From the IMG/VR virus record IMGVR_UViG_2778261223_000024, positions 1 to 11,692 of that record: a DNA stretch of 11,692 bases. One strand, written 5' to 3'. This stretch comes from a virus. Lineage: Duplodnaviria > Heunggongvirae > Uroviricota > Caudoviricetes. Both the position numbers and the translations under genes were made by a program. Positions 1 through 8,333 of the stretch are shown in pieces. The notes under the pieces were generated by a model. That model made no database searches, was not told the DNA's origin, and saw nothing but the letters and a program-made list of their open reading frames with translations. Each line of letters opens with the position of its first letter. Position 1 is the stretch's first letter.

Positions 1-1362
1 ATGTTTAAACCGGAACTCCTTTCCCCGGCGGGAACGCTGAAAAATATGCGTTACGCTTTCGCTTATGGCGCAGATGCTGTTTATGCGGGCCAGCCGCGTT
101 ACTCCCTGCGTGTGCGCAACAACGAATTCAACCACGAAAATCTTCAGCTCGGCATTAATGAAGCCCATGCGCTGGGGAAAAAGTTTTATGTCGTGGTCAA
201 CATTGCACCGCACAACGCCAAGCTGAAAACCTTTATCCGTGACCTGAAACCGGTGGTGGAAATGGGGCCGGATGCGCTGATTATGTCTGATCCAGGGCTG
301 ATTATGCTGGTGCGTGAGCACTTCCCTGAAATGCCGATCCACCTCTCGGTGCAGGCTAACGCCGTGAACTGGGCGACGGTGAAATTCTGGCAGCAAATGG
401 GACTGACCCGCGTGATCCTCTCTCGCGAGCTGTCGCTGGAAGAGATTGAAGAGATTCGTAATCAGGTGCCGGATATGGAGATCGAGATCTTCGTTCACGG
501 CGCGCTGTGCATGGCCTACTCCGGTCGCTGCCTGCTCTCTGGCTATATCAACAAGCGCGACCCGAACCAGGGCACCTGCACCAACGCCTGCCGCTGGGAG
601 TACAACGTCCAGGAAGGGAAAGAAGATGACGTTGGCAACATCGTACACAAGTACGAGCCGATTCCGGTGCAAAATGTTGAGCCGACGCTGGGTATCGGCG
701 CACCAACTGACAAAGTGTTTATGATCGAAGAAGCCCAGCGTCCGGGCGAGTATATGACCGCGTTTGAAGATGAGCACGGCACTTACATCATGAACTCGAA
801 AGATCTGCGCGCCATCGCCCATGTAGAACGCCTGACCAAAATGGGCGTGCATTCGCTGAAAATCGAAGGCCGTACCAAATCTTTCTACTATTGCGCACGC
901 ACCGCACAGGTTTATCGTAAAGCTATCGATGATGCCGCTGCGGGCAAACCGTTCGATACCAGCCTGCTGGAAACGCTGGAAGGTCTGGCGCATCGTGGCT
1001 ATACCGAAGGTTTCCTGCGTCGTCATACTCACGACGATTATCAGAACTACGAATACGGTTATTCAGTTTCTGACCGCCAGCAGTTTGTTGGTGAGTTTAC
1101 CGGTGAGCGCAAGGGCGACCTCGCGGCGGTAGCGGTGAAAAATAAATTCTCCGTTGGCGACAGCCTTGAGCTGATGACGCCGCAAGGCAACATTAACTTT
1201 ACCCTTGAGCACATGGAAAACGCCAAAGGTGAAGCTATGCCGGTCGCACCAGGCGATGGTTATACTGTGTGGCTCCCGGTCCCGCAGGATCTTGAGCTAA
1301 ATTACGCGCTCCTGATGCGTAATTTCTCCGGGGAAACCACGCGTAACCCCCACGGTAAGTGA
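1..1362 (+). CDS. yegQ: U32-family peptidase-like protein YegQ/TrhP (tRNA U34 hydroxylation), complete 453 aa
   Basis: ATG at 1..3, stop TGA at 1360..1362, uninterrupted 453-codon frame. The protein reads as the E. coli YegQ/TrhP U32-family protein (recall, not searched), and it sits directly upstream of cyaR as in E. coli K-12. Confidence 0.9.
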   Translation: MFKPELLSPAGTLKNMRYAFAYGADAVYAGQPRYSLRVRNNEFNHENLQLGINEAHALGKKFYVVVNIAPHNAKLKTFIRDLKPVVEMGPDALIMSDPGLIMLVREHFPEMPIHLSVQANAVNWATVKFWQQMGLTRVILSRELSLEEIEEIRNQVPDMEIEIFVHGALCMAYSGRCLLSGYINKRDPNQGTCTNACRWEYNVQEGKEDDVGNIVHKYEPIPVQNVEPTLGIGAPTDKVFMIEEAQRPGEYMTAFEDEHGTYIMNSKDLRAIAHVERLTKMGVHSLKIEGRTKSFYYCARTAQVYRKAIDDAAAGKPFDTSLLETLEGLAHRGYTEGFLRRHTHDDYQNYEYGYSVSDRQQFVGEFTGERKGDLAAVAVKNKFSVGDSLELMTPQGNINFTLEHMENAKGEAMPVAPGDGYTVWLPVPQDLELNYALLMRNFSGETTRNPHGK

Positions 1363-1393
1363 TTAATTTCGATTATTTTTCCCGGATGGAAAA

Positions 1394-1415
1394 TTCTTAG
1401 AAACCGATCACATAC
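1394..1415 (+). promoter_or_regulatory. Candidate CRP-cAMP site of the cyaR promoter
   Basis: TTAGA-N6-TCACA at 1397..1412 (one perfect half-site) centred about 42 bp upstream of the predicted CyaR 5' end, with a TATCAT -10-like hexamer at 1434..1439. CyaR is known to be CRP-activated. Confidence 0.4.
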
Positions 1416-1446
1416 AGCTGCATTTATTAAGGTTATCATCCGTTTC

Positions 1447-1533
1447 GCTGAAAAACATAACCCATAAAATGCTAGCTGTACCAGGAACCACCTCCTTAGC
1501 CTGTGTAATCTCCCTTACACGGGCTTATTTTTT
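1447..1533 (+). ncRNA. cyaR: CyaR (RyeE) Hfq-binding small RNA, about 87 nt
   Basis: The sequence GCTGAAAAACATAACCCATAAAATGCTAGCTGTACCAGGAACCACCTCCTTAGCC...CCCTTACACGGGCTTATTTTTT matches CyaR as I recall it. It contains the CCTCCT anti-Shine-Dalgarno motif and ends in a GC stem plus T-run terminator (about 1509..1533). Placement between yegQ and ogr is as in K-12. Confidence 0.85.
1507..1533. other. P2-type attachment-site core (prophage/host junction) overlapping the CyaR terminator
   Basis: The reverse complement of 1507..1533 is AAAAAATAAGCCCGTGTAAGGGAGATT, which matches the 27-bp P2 att core as I recall it. It sits where host DNA meets the ogr-proximal prophage end. Confidence 0.55.
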
Positions 1534-1596
1534 ACGTACAACAAATTGAAATAAAAGGATTTATTTCTGGTCACGTCCACACATTGACCACATCGA

Positions 1597-1633
1597 CAAA
1601 AAAAGCCCCTCGACTGAGGGGCTTCCTGTTTCT
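1597..1633 (-). terminator. Rho-independent terminator downstream of ogr (possibly bidirectional)
   Basis: Perfect 8-bp stem AGCCCCTC/GAGGGGCT (1604..1611 and 1616..1623) with loop GACT. On the minus strand it is followed by an 8-T run (the complement of the A-run at 1597..1604). It lies immediately 3' of the ogr stop. Confidence 0.6.
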
Positions 1634-1635
1634 AA

Positions 1636-1854
1636 TTACATCCACATAATTTGCTGCCCTGACGGCAACGGGTGCGGCCTTACGGCGTGGACTTCTCCCG
1701 GCTTCACGATGTATCGCTGTACCGACTCATAAGTGATGAACGTGGCGCTGCAATTCACGTTCTGACACTGGTGATAACGCTCTTTTGTCGTGTCAGTGAT
1801 ATAGCGACTTGTACGCGCATGTGCGGCATGCTGGCATAAAGGACAATGAAACAT
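1636..1854 (-). CDS. ogr: Ogr, zinc-finger late-gene transcription activator (72 aa)
   Basis: The internal ATG at 1854..1852 gives MFHCPLCQHAAHARTSRYITDTTKERYHQCQNVNCSATF..., a Cys4 zinc-finger protein matching P2 Ogr as recalled. There is a GAGGTG Shine-Dalgarno upstream. The 93-aa track ORF begins at an upstream TTG and is probably an over-extension. Confidence 0.9.
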   Translation of the reverse strand: MFHCPLCQHAAHARTSRYITDTTKERYHQCQNVNCSATFITYESVQRYIVKPGEVHAVRPHPLPSGQQIMWM

Positions 1855-1888
1855 CGCGAGCACCTCTTCCGGTTTTGTTGATGGTGCC

Positions 1889-1917
1889 ATTTTAGTTAAT
1901 TTACCCTTATAAAACAA
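1889..1917 (-). promoter_or_regulatory. Candidate sigma70 promoter for ogr
   Basis: On the minus strand, TTGTTT (-35, 1917..1912), a 17-nt spacer and TAAAAT (-10, 1894..1889), about 35 nt upstream of the ogr ATG. Read by eye only. Confidence 0.3.
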
Positions 1918-1935
1918 ACAGATAAAAACAAAGCA

Positions 1936-3099
1936 TCACTCATCATCTTCTGTTTCGTACTCCACATCAGAAAGCCTGACCTCAAGCTCTAAGGACGTCG
2001 TGAAGCCGCTATTATTCAGAAAATGTGTCACCTTAGTGATTGTCCAGTCCTGCTCGTCTATGACGCGCTTAAAGCCTGATACTTTGACCGGCGTTTCCGT
2101 GTAAATATCTGCCCGACCGGTAGCCAGACTGATGGAAAACTCCGCAACGCCCCGTTGCAGCTTATCCCACTTCGCCTGAGCGGCGCGCATGGCCTGCGCT
2201 TTCGTGGCATATACCGTGGTCAGGGCAAAAACGTTGTCAGCTTCACCGGCCATGTATTCACCTTCGCGCGCTTCCGGTACTTTTGGCGCTTTCTTCTGCG
2301 TGACTGGTTTCGCTTTCGGGTGCTCCAGTGCGCGCAGGTGTTTTTCTTTCTTTTTGCGTTTCAGTTTTACCTTCTGCTTTTGCGGCTTCGGGTCTTTGGT
2401 GTGAAGCCACTTTGCCGTTACGCCGGTATAGGCTCCACGGTCAGCAATCGCAAAATGGTGGCGGTCGCCGTCGCTGCGGGTTATGGTGACCTGCGGGATT
2501 TTTTTACCGCTGGCCGTCACCCCCTGCCCCGCTTTGAGAAACAACAGTTTTCCCATTTTTACCGAGACCTCACCGCCGTTGCGTTCTGCAAGACGGGTCA
2601 GGAATTTCGCATCAGACTCCTGCGACTGGTCGATGTGCGGGATTTTAATTCCGGCCAGTGACGGAGCGACACTGGCTTCCAGCCTGTTACGGGTGGCTAT
2701 CGCCTCAACAATCGCACCGAGCGTGGTGTCATGCCAGGAGCCTTCCCGGCGGGAATTGAGCGTCCCGCGAAAATCTGCACTCCGGGCGCGGATGGTGACC
2801 ACATCCGGTGCGCCCCGGTGTTCAACCTCATCAACGGTAAATTTCCCTTTGCATACCAGGGCAAAACCTTTCCAGCCGATATACACCGTCAGGACAGCGC
2901 CACGAACCGGCAGCCCGACCTGCCCGTCGGCATCGTTCAGTTCAATATCAAGCTGGTCAGCCTCAAAGCCCCGGTTATCCGTCAGGGTCATGCTCATCAG
3001 ACGGTCGCTGATATTGCCGGTAATATCCCTGCTGTCGAGCATCAGCATGTAATCCGGCGTCAGCGTACTGCCTGCATCAAATGTCAGCGCATCCAGCAT
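1936..3099 (-). CDS. D: Tail protein D (late control gene D / Phage_GPD family), 387 aa
   Basis: ATG at 3099..3097 overlaps the U stop (TAATG). Length and position are as in the P2 FETUD operon. It contains a Lys-rich linker. Confidence 0.9.
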   Translation of the reverse strand: MLDALTFDAGSTLTPDYMLMLDSRDITGNISDRLMSMTLTDNRGFEADQLDIELNDADGQVGLPVRGAVLTVYIGWKGFALVCKGKFTVDEVEHRGAPDVVTIRARSADFRGTLNSRREGSWHDTTLGAIVEAIATRNRLEASVAPSLAGIKIPHIDQSQESDAKFLTRLAERNGGEVSVKMGKLLFLKAGQGVTASGKKIPQVTITRSDGDRHHFAIADRGAYTGVTAKWLHTKDPKPQKQKVKLKRKKKEKHLRALEHPKAKPVTQKKAPKVPEAREGEYMAGEADNVFALTTVYATKAQAMRAAQAKWDKLQRGVAEFSISLATGRADIYTETPVKVSGFKRVIDEQDWTITKVTHFLNNSGFTTSLELEVRLSDVEYETEDDE

Positions 3100-3578
3100 T
3101 ATCCCGCCCCCGTCATACCCGTGAATCTGGTCGCCATACTGCCAGCCTTACCGATGAGCGATTCCGCCTGTTTACCGATATCGCCATAAAGCGCGGCCAG
3201 TGATTCATCAACGCGGGTGAGCGACAGCGTAAAATCAATTTTCCGGGGTGTGCCGTCTGCAAAGAAAATACTCCCTGTTTCACTCACTCTGCTGATGACA
3301 TACATGCCGTAAATCATGCCGGTGCCATCCAGCAACGGCCACGCCCGGCCTTCCTCTGCCATCAGCCTGAGCGTGGTCATCGTCAGCTTCCCGCCGGTCA
3401 GTTCGGGATAAAGCACGCCGGCAAGCGTCATGTTTTCCTCACCCACACCGAGAAACTGAAAGGCATCCCGTTTACCGATACGGGAATTTGACGGCCAGCG
3501 ATAATCTGATTCGCGCTGCATGGTCTGGTGTGGCAGTGTCTGGCGCATAAAAACAAACATACCTAACGCGAGCATCAT
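3099..3578 (-). CDS. U: Tail protein U, 159 aa
   Basis: ATG at 3578..3576 preceded by a strong AAGGAGG Shine-Dalgarno that lies inside the 3' end of T. Length and synteny match P2 gpU. Confidence 0.85.
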   Translation of the reverse strand: MMLALGMFVFMRQTLPHQTMQRESDYRWPSNSRIGKRDAFQFLGVGEENMTLAGVLYPELTGGKLTMTTLRLMAEEGRAWPLLDGTGMIYGMYVISRVSETGSIFFADGTPRKIDFTLSLTRVDESLAALYGDIGKQAESLIGKAGSMATRFTGMTGAG

Positions 3579-3592
3579 TTTTCGTCACCTCC

Positions 3593-6040
3593 TTAACCGT
3601 CATGCATCATGCTGGCACGGGCGCGCGCACGTTTATCCCGCTCGTATTTTTCGAGCGCATCCTGTAACTGGCGGTCGAGCTGAGTCCCCGGCGCAGTACC
3701 GCCCGTCAGGCTGATGTGATATTCGTTTTTACTCTGGTCCACATAAGAGCGGCCAGCCGGTGCCGTGACCGGCTGATAAGCCTGATAGCCTGCATAAGAG
3801 CTGGTCGCCGGAATATAACCACCGGTGCCATACGTGGCGGCATTAGTCCTTGCGGCGGTCTGGTCAAGTGTGTCTGACTCTTTGTTGATAACACCGAGTT
3901 TTTCCAGTACCCAGTCAATACCACTGCGCAGTTTGTTGAACGCATTAAGCGGCAGCATCAACGCGTCAGCCAGTGCCTGCCCGAACATGACGCCCGTGTC
4001 ACGGCAACGGTTCAGGGTGTCCTGTGTGGCTTTAACCGGGGCAATCAGGTTTTTAAACCACTGCCACGCGGCCTGTAACTTTTCGCCCAGCCAGTCAAAC
4101 ACCGGCTTAAGTGGCGTGAACAGTTCCCCCACCGGCGCAAATGCCGCTTTCAGCCCTTCAACCACACCGCCGAAGAATGCGCTGACAGGCTCCCAGTATT
4201 TACGGATAAGCAACGCCCCGGCGACAATGGCGGCCACCACGGCCACAACCGGCCAGCTAATCGCACCGATGGCCGTCATAACAGCACTGCCAACCGTCGT
4301 GAAGATTGCCCCCATTGCGCCTGCTGCCGCGATAATAGCATTGATGCCGGTGATAACCGGCCAGGCTACGAGGCCAATGGCACCAATGATGCCAGTCAGC
4401 GCCAGTGCACCACCGGCAATAATGCCGATGGTTGACGCCAGTGATTTGTTTTTCTGGATCCAGCCGTCGAGTTTTAACACATACATTGTGGCCGTCTGCG
4501 TGAGCTTACGCAGTGCGCCTTCCTGCTGGTCAAACAGGTCAGTCCCCACCGCCTCATAAGCGGACTGAAACTCCTTAAAGTCACCGCCGAGATTGTCCTG
4601 CATGATATTTACCAGCTCTGCGGTCTTCCCGTCTGAGACTTTAAACGCAGCGGTCAGTTTGTCCAGCTTTCCGGTTGAGGCGGCAGTCATCAGCACAGCG
4701 GCGGATGAGCTGGCCTCCTCCCCGAAAATGGTTTTCATGTATTCAGCCTGCTGGGCAGTACCGAGCCGGTTTTTCTCAAAACTGGCCTGCATTTCTTTCA
4801 GAATGGTAAATACTGGTCGGGTATTCCCCTTAGTGTCTGAGGTTTTCACGCCAAGCTCTTTGAGTGCATCCCATGCTTTTCCCGTCGGTGCCTGCAGGCG
4901 ACTTAACACGGCACGGCTTCCCGTCCCCGCCATTGAGCCTGTGATTTTTGCATCATGCAGCGCCCCGACCATTGCGGCGGTTTCTTCAATGCTGACACCG
5001 GCATTTTTTGCCACAGGTGCGGCATAGGTCAGCGCATCGCTCATGCCGTCAAAATCGGCGGCAGTTTTGTTCATCGTCATGGAGAGAACATCCCCGATAT
5101 GAGCGACCTTATCGTTTGAAAGCTGAAAGGCGGATTTCATCCCCATCAGCAGGGCGGCGTTTTCTTCCATCGTGCGGCGGTTCGCCAGCGCCATATTCAG
5201 CGTGACCGGCGTTGCCGCCTGAATGGCATCAACATCCCCACCGGCTTTCGCAATGATAATCTGTGCACCGGCTGCATCATCCGCCGAGGCGGCAGTATTG
5301 TCACCGAGCTGGCGCGCCTGCTTGCGGAGTGCGGCCATTTCGGCGGAGTCTTTTGCCACACCGAGCACGGCCTGCAATTCTGAGTTTTTCTGCGCAAACT
5401 CATAACCGGGCATCAGTATCTTAACACCGGCCATCGTTCCCGCCGCCGCAATCCCCACTCCGGCAGCGCCTACTGAGGCCATATTTCCGGCCAGTTCCTT
5501 TCCTGCCTGATAACGCTGTTTGACTGCGTTAAGTTTTGCCTGTTGTGCACTGACACGCGCCAGTGCATCGCGCTGACGGTTAAGTTGTGCGGTGGTTTCA
5601 CTGATACGGTTTTTCAGCCCCTGCTCATCATGTGCAAGATTGCGGGTATTAATTCCCACAGCGGCCAGTTCCCGCTGCTGGCGTTTAACAGAATCCGTCA
5701 GGCGGTTATATTTCGCCTGTAAGTCCTCCGCCGCACGCTTTGCGGATTCCAGCACTTTCGCCTGAGCACGGGTTGGACGTTCGGTATTTTTAAACTGTGT
5801 GGCAAGGGCTTCGGCCTCCTGCCGTGCCTTTTCAAGTGCATGACCAGTCACGGCGAGCTGTGCACTGGTCTTGCGGAATCCCTCAATACGGGATGCGTGA
5901 CCGTTCAGCTCGCGCAGTGATTTTTGTGTTTCCCGGATATCCCCCGACAGCGACTTACTCGCTGTACGGATGGATTTAAACGGGCGGGATGCCTGGTCAA
6001 CAGCCCTGAGCAATACCTGTAATTTTACATTGTTACTCAT
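3593..6040 (-). CDS. T: Tail tape-measure protein T, 815 aa
   Basis: Long Ala/Gln-rich coiled-coil N-terminal half and Gly/Ala/Ile-rich hydrophobic segments, typical of tape-measure proteins. The 815-aa length is that of P2 gpT. The start ATG at 6040..6038 overlaps the E' stop. Confidence 0.9.
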   Translation of the reverse strand: MSNNVKLQVLLRAVDQASRPFKSIRTASKSLSGDIRETQKSLRELNGHASRIEGFRKTSAQLAVTGHALEKARQEAEALATQFKNTERPTRAQAKVLESAKRAAEDLQAKYNRLTDSVKRQQRELAAVGINTRNLAHDEQGLKNRISETTAQLNRQRDALARVSAQQAKLNAVKQRYQAGKELAGNMASVGAAGVGIAAAGTMAGVKILMPGYEFAQKNSELQAVLGVAKDSAEMAALRKQARQLGDNTAASADDAAGAQIIIAKAGGDVDAIQAATPVTLNMALANRRTMEENAALLMGMKSAFQLSNDKVAHIGDVLSMTMNKTAADFDGMSDALTYAAPVAKNAGVSIEETAAMVGALHDAKITGSMAGTGSRAVLSRLQAPTGKAWDALKELGVKTSDTKGNTRPVFTILKEMQASFEKNRLGTAQQAEYMKTIFGEEASSSAAVLMTAASTGKLDKLTAAFKVSDGKTAELVNIMQDNLGGDFKEFQSAYEAVGTDLFDQQEGALRKLTQTATMYVLKLDGWIQKNKSLASTIGIIAGGALALTGIIGAIGLVAWPVITGINAIIAAAGAMGAIFTTVGSAVMTAIGAISWPVVAVVAAIVAGALLIRKYWEPVSAFFGGVVEGLKAAFAPVGELFTPLKPVFDWLGEKLQAAWQWFKNLIAPVKATQDTLNRCRDTGVMFGQALADALMLPLNAFNKLRSGIDWVLEKLGVINKESDTLDQTAARTNAATYGTGGYIPATSSYAGYQAYQPVTAPAGRSYVDQSKNEYHISLTGGTAPGTQLDRQLQDALEKYERDKRARARASMMHDG

Positions 6041-6460
6041 TCGTGTTTCCGCTTCGCCGGAGCGCCTTTTCGCGCCATGTGATGAGTTCGGTCAGGCTCA
6101 TGGGATACAGTTCTGATGGCGGCCAGTGAAATATCACTGCCACATCCGCCATCAGGTCATCGACCGACAGATTTTTCGGAAACGTCACTGCACCGAGTTC
6201 GGCGACAAAAAACCGACCACCTTACCGGCCAGCGCCACAAGGTCAGGCAGTTCCAGCGCGGCGACTTCCTGCTCGGTCAGCATCGGTGCCGTCATGCGCG
6301 GCAGCACCTTAATCAGTGCATCGACTTCAGAGTTCGCGACCGCAGCCAGACTGACACCGCGCAGCGTCCCGGCACTGGGTTTCATCAGCGTGACCTGTTC
6401 GATGACCTGCTCACCACGCTTGACCGGATTGTCCAGGGTAATCACATTTTCTTTGTTCAT
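6033..6460 (-). CDS. E': E+E' tail assembly chaperone made by programmed -1 frameshift (predicted 142 aa)
   Basis: Slippery heptamer T_TTT_TTG (minus strand, 6212..6206) in E frame GGT-TTT-TTG. After the -1 shift the frame stays open for 57 codons (VAELGAVTFPKNL...RRSGNTNE) and stops at TAA 6035..6033, overlapping the T start (ATGAGTAA). The predicted 142-aa total matches P2 E+E' as recalled. Confidence 0.7.
6185..6460 (-). CDS. E: Tail assembly chaperone E, 91 aa (zero-frame product)
   Basis: ATG at 6460..6458, stop TGA at 6187..6185. The protein ends ...GKVVGFLSPNSVQ and carries the slippery site near its 3' end. Confidence 0.85.
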   Translation of the reverse strand: MNKENVITLDNPVKRGEQVIEQVTLMKPSAGTLRGVSLAAVANSEVDALIKVLPRMTAPMLTEQEVAALELPDLVALAGKVVGFLSPNSVQ

Positions 6461-6489
6461 GGTTTTCTCACTTCTTAATCGGGGGTTAA

Positions 6490-6510
6490 CCGGTCAGCCT
6501 GGCTGACCGG
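6490..6510 (-). other. Intercistronic perfect palindrome / RNA hairpin between FII and E
   Basis: CCGGTCAG-CCTGG-CTGACCGG (8-bp stem, extendable to a 10-bp near-perfect palindrome) between the FII stop at 6518 and the E start at 6460. No T-run follows on the transcribed strand, so it is not a classic intrinsic terminator. Confidence 0.5.
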
Positions 6511-6517
6511 ATGAAAA

Positions 6518-7036
6518 TCACAGGCCGATATTGCGGCGGTGTTGCTCCAGCCGGTCGACGCCGTTCACCTTCTCAATCATGTTGATGGTGTCGATTTCGA
6601 CCAGCTCCTTACCGTCCATCGTCAGCCGGAAATAGGTGCAGACCACGGAGATTTTCGACTCGGTGTCTTCTCCCTGTTTACCCTCGCCGGTGTCGATTTC
6701 TTTCTGACGTCCACGCATGACCACTTCGACGGCCACCGTTTCGCCGGTATCGTCGCGCTGGTAAGAGCCTGCAAAACGAATCGGCACGGCATCCACACCG
6801 GTTGAGGCGTAAAGCTCCCAGATAACCGAATCCGGGAAGCCACCGAGCGACCACTCCATTGACAGCGCATCGTCATCAAGGCCGAGGTCTACCGGTGCGC
6901 TGCCGTTCATCCCCGCACCGCGATAGTTTTCGAGCTTACGGGTCAGTTTTGGCAGCGTGACGGACTTTGCAACGCCCTGATAGCTGTAGCCGTTCAGAAA
7001 GACGTTCATTAACTTGAGTTTGCGCGGCATTGCCAT
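6518..7036 (-). CDS. FII: Tail tube protein FII, 172 aa
   Basis: ATG at 7036..7034 with a GGAG Shine-Dalgarno in the 12-nt gap after the FI stop. Length and position match P2 gpFII. Confidence 0.9.
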   Translation of the reverse strand: MAMPRKLKLMNVFLNGYSYQGVAKSVTLPKLTRKLENYRGAGMNGSAPVDLGLDDDALSMEWSLGGFPDSVIWELYASTGVDAVPIRFAGSYQRDDTGETVAVEVVMRGRQKEIDTGEGKQGEDTESKISVVCTYFRLTMDGKELVEIDTINMIEKVNGVDRLEQHRRNIGL

Positions 7037-7048
7037 CGGTCAGGCTCC

Positions 7049-8239
7049 TTAATTGCTGTTAACCGAGGTGACCAGATTTGCCAGGTATTTATCGGTAATA
7101 CGCTGGCGCAGGGTCAGGTTTTCAAGAGGAGGCACCGGAGTATAGTCGTAGTCGATATACAGTTTTCCGGCCTTGAGGGTTTCCGCATCGTTGGATTCTT
7201 CGCTGAACCAGCAGGTCGCATCCACGATATAGCCGTTTGTTTTCAGCTCACGGAATTTGGCATTGATGCCGTCAACGATGTCGCGAATCAGCGTTGCGGT
7301 GATGGGCTTGTCCACCGCCCACATGTGCGCCTCAGCCATCGTGTCGGCCAGCACCTGCGCGGTGCGGGTGTAGTTTTCAAAGAGGAACAGCGGGTCATCA
7401 GAGCAGGTACGGTTACCCCAGAAGCGGAAACCGTCGCGGCGAATCAGCGTAGTGACGCCTGACTCATTAAGCAGGTCAGCATCGGTGCCGGACTCCTGCA
7501 AATCCCAGAATACAGAGGCGCTGATGCCGGTAACACCGTTCACCCCAACGTTGGACAGTGTTTTATGCCAACCCTGCTCCTGGTCGATTTTAGCGCGCAG
7601 ACCCAGCGCACGGGCGGTGGCATACGCGGTGGCGGTGGTACTGGTGACCGTATCCCATGCGAGGAAATCCGGCCAGATGACCATCAACTCACGCTGGCTG
7701 AAATTCTGGCGGTAGGCTTTCACCTCGGAAATGGTCTTACAGCCCCATGCGCTGATATATCCGAAAGCACGCAGCTTCTGACAGACGGATGCCAGTGCAA
7801 CAGCCACCTCTTTGGTATCCAGTCCCGGCACACCGAGAATACGCGGTTTAACACCGGTTACCGACTCCGCCGCCAGCAGGGCTTTCAGTCCGGTGTACTG
7901 ACCGTTTTCGTCGGTGGTGCCGATGATATTGGAAACGGTCTGCGCGAGTTTCGTTTCCTCGTCGTCGCCGGTGCCGTCTTCCACACGCACGACAACGGTG
8001 ACCGGTTTTGACTGGTCGGCGATGGCCTGCAACGATGCCGCCAGCGTGCCTTTTTTACCGGCCTTTGCAATTGCGCTCTGCACATTGGTAATCAGCACCG
8101 GTTTATTGAGGGGGAAGGTTTCCGCATCCGCATCGCTGGCCGTGCAGACCATGCCGACAATGGCCGTGGATACGGTGGAAATGACGCGGGTGCCGTCGTT
8201 AATCTCCAGCACCTGCACGCCGTGATGATAGTCACTCAT
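7049..8239 (-). CDS. FI: Contractile tail sheath protein FI, 396 aa
   Basis: ATG at 8239..8237 with a GGAG Shine-Dalgarno about 8 nt upstream. The 396-aa length and the position as first gene of the F-E-T-U-D operon match P2 gpFI. Confidence 0.9.
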   Translation of the reverse strand: MSDYHHGVQVLEINDGTRVISTVSTAIVGMVCTASDADAETFPLNKPVLITNVQSAIAKAGKKGTLAASLQAIADQSKPVTVVVRVEDGTGDDEETKLAQTVSNIIGTTDENGQYTGLKALLAAESVTGVKPRILGVPGLDTKEVAVALASVCQKLRAFGYISAWGCKTISEVKAYRQNFSQRELMVIWPDFLAWDTVTSTTATAYATARALGLRAKIDQEQGWHKTLSNVGVNGVTGISASVFWDLQESGTDADLLNESGVTTLIRRDGFRFWGNRTCSDDPLFLFENYTRTAQVLADTMAEAHMWAVDKPITATLIRDIVDGINAKFRELKTNGYIVDATCWFSEESNDAETLKAGKLYIDYDYTPVPPLENLTLRQRITDKYLANLVTSVNSN

Positions 8240-8333
8240 CCGTTTAACTCCGTGGTTAATGGGTGCAACTATTTTCCGTTGGGTAGTACATGAGACGCTA
8301 TTTGACCTGGCTGGTCAGTGGATGAAACAACAG
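8240..8333 (-). promoter_or_regulatory. Region expected to hold the Ogr-dependent late promoter (PF-like) for the tail operon
   Basis: About 95-bp leader upstream of FI and downstream of a terminator. It contains the dyad TGACC-N5-GGTCA and an imperfect TGT-N12-CCA element. P2 late promoters are reported to carry a TGT-N12-ACA dyad near -55. The exact site is not resolved by eye. Confidence 0.3.

Noticed and set aside
446-1132. Track ORFs 446..724(+), 543..782(-) and 929..1132(+) inside yegQ
   Set aside because: Alternative-frame or antisense ORFs wholly inside a well-supported gene, with Arg/Ser/Thr-rich composition and no ribosome-binding sites.
2155-3189. Plus-strand ORFs 2155..2661, 2189..2404, 2483..3052 and 2731..3189 antisense to D
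   Set aside because: Typical GC-rich antisense open frames with low-complexity, Arg/Ser/Cys/Phe-rich translations; D on the minus strand explains the region.
3520-5979. Eight short or medium ORFs on both strands within the tape-measure gene T (for example 3825..4559(+) at 244 aa)
   Set aside because: All are embedded in the 815-aa T frame, which has coherent tape-measure composition; their translations are Ala/Pro/Ser/Thr-rich artefacts of high GC.
6116-6506. Plus-strand ORFs 6116..6478 and 6126..6506 antisense to E/E'
   Set aside because: They overlap the E and E' frames, which are supported by the slippery site and P2 synteny, and have no translation signals.
6539-8225. Embedded ORFs within FII and FI (6539..6805, 6622..6879, 7452..7715, 7565..8011, 7885..8085, 7914..8225)
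   Set aside because: Nested in the two best-supported structural genes; alternative frames only.
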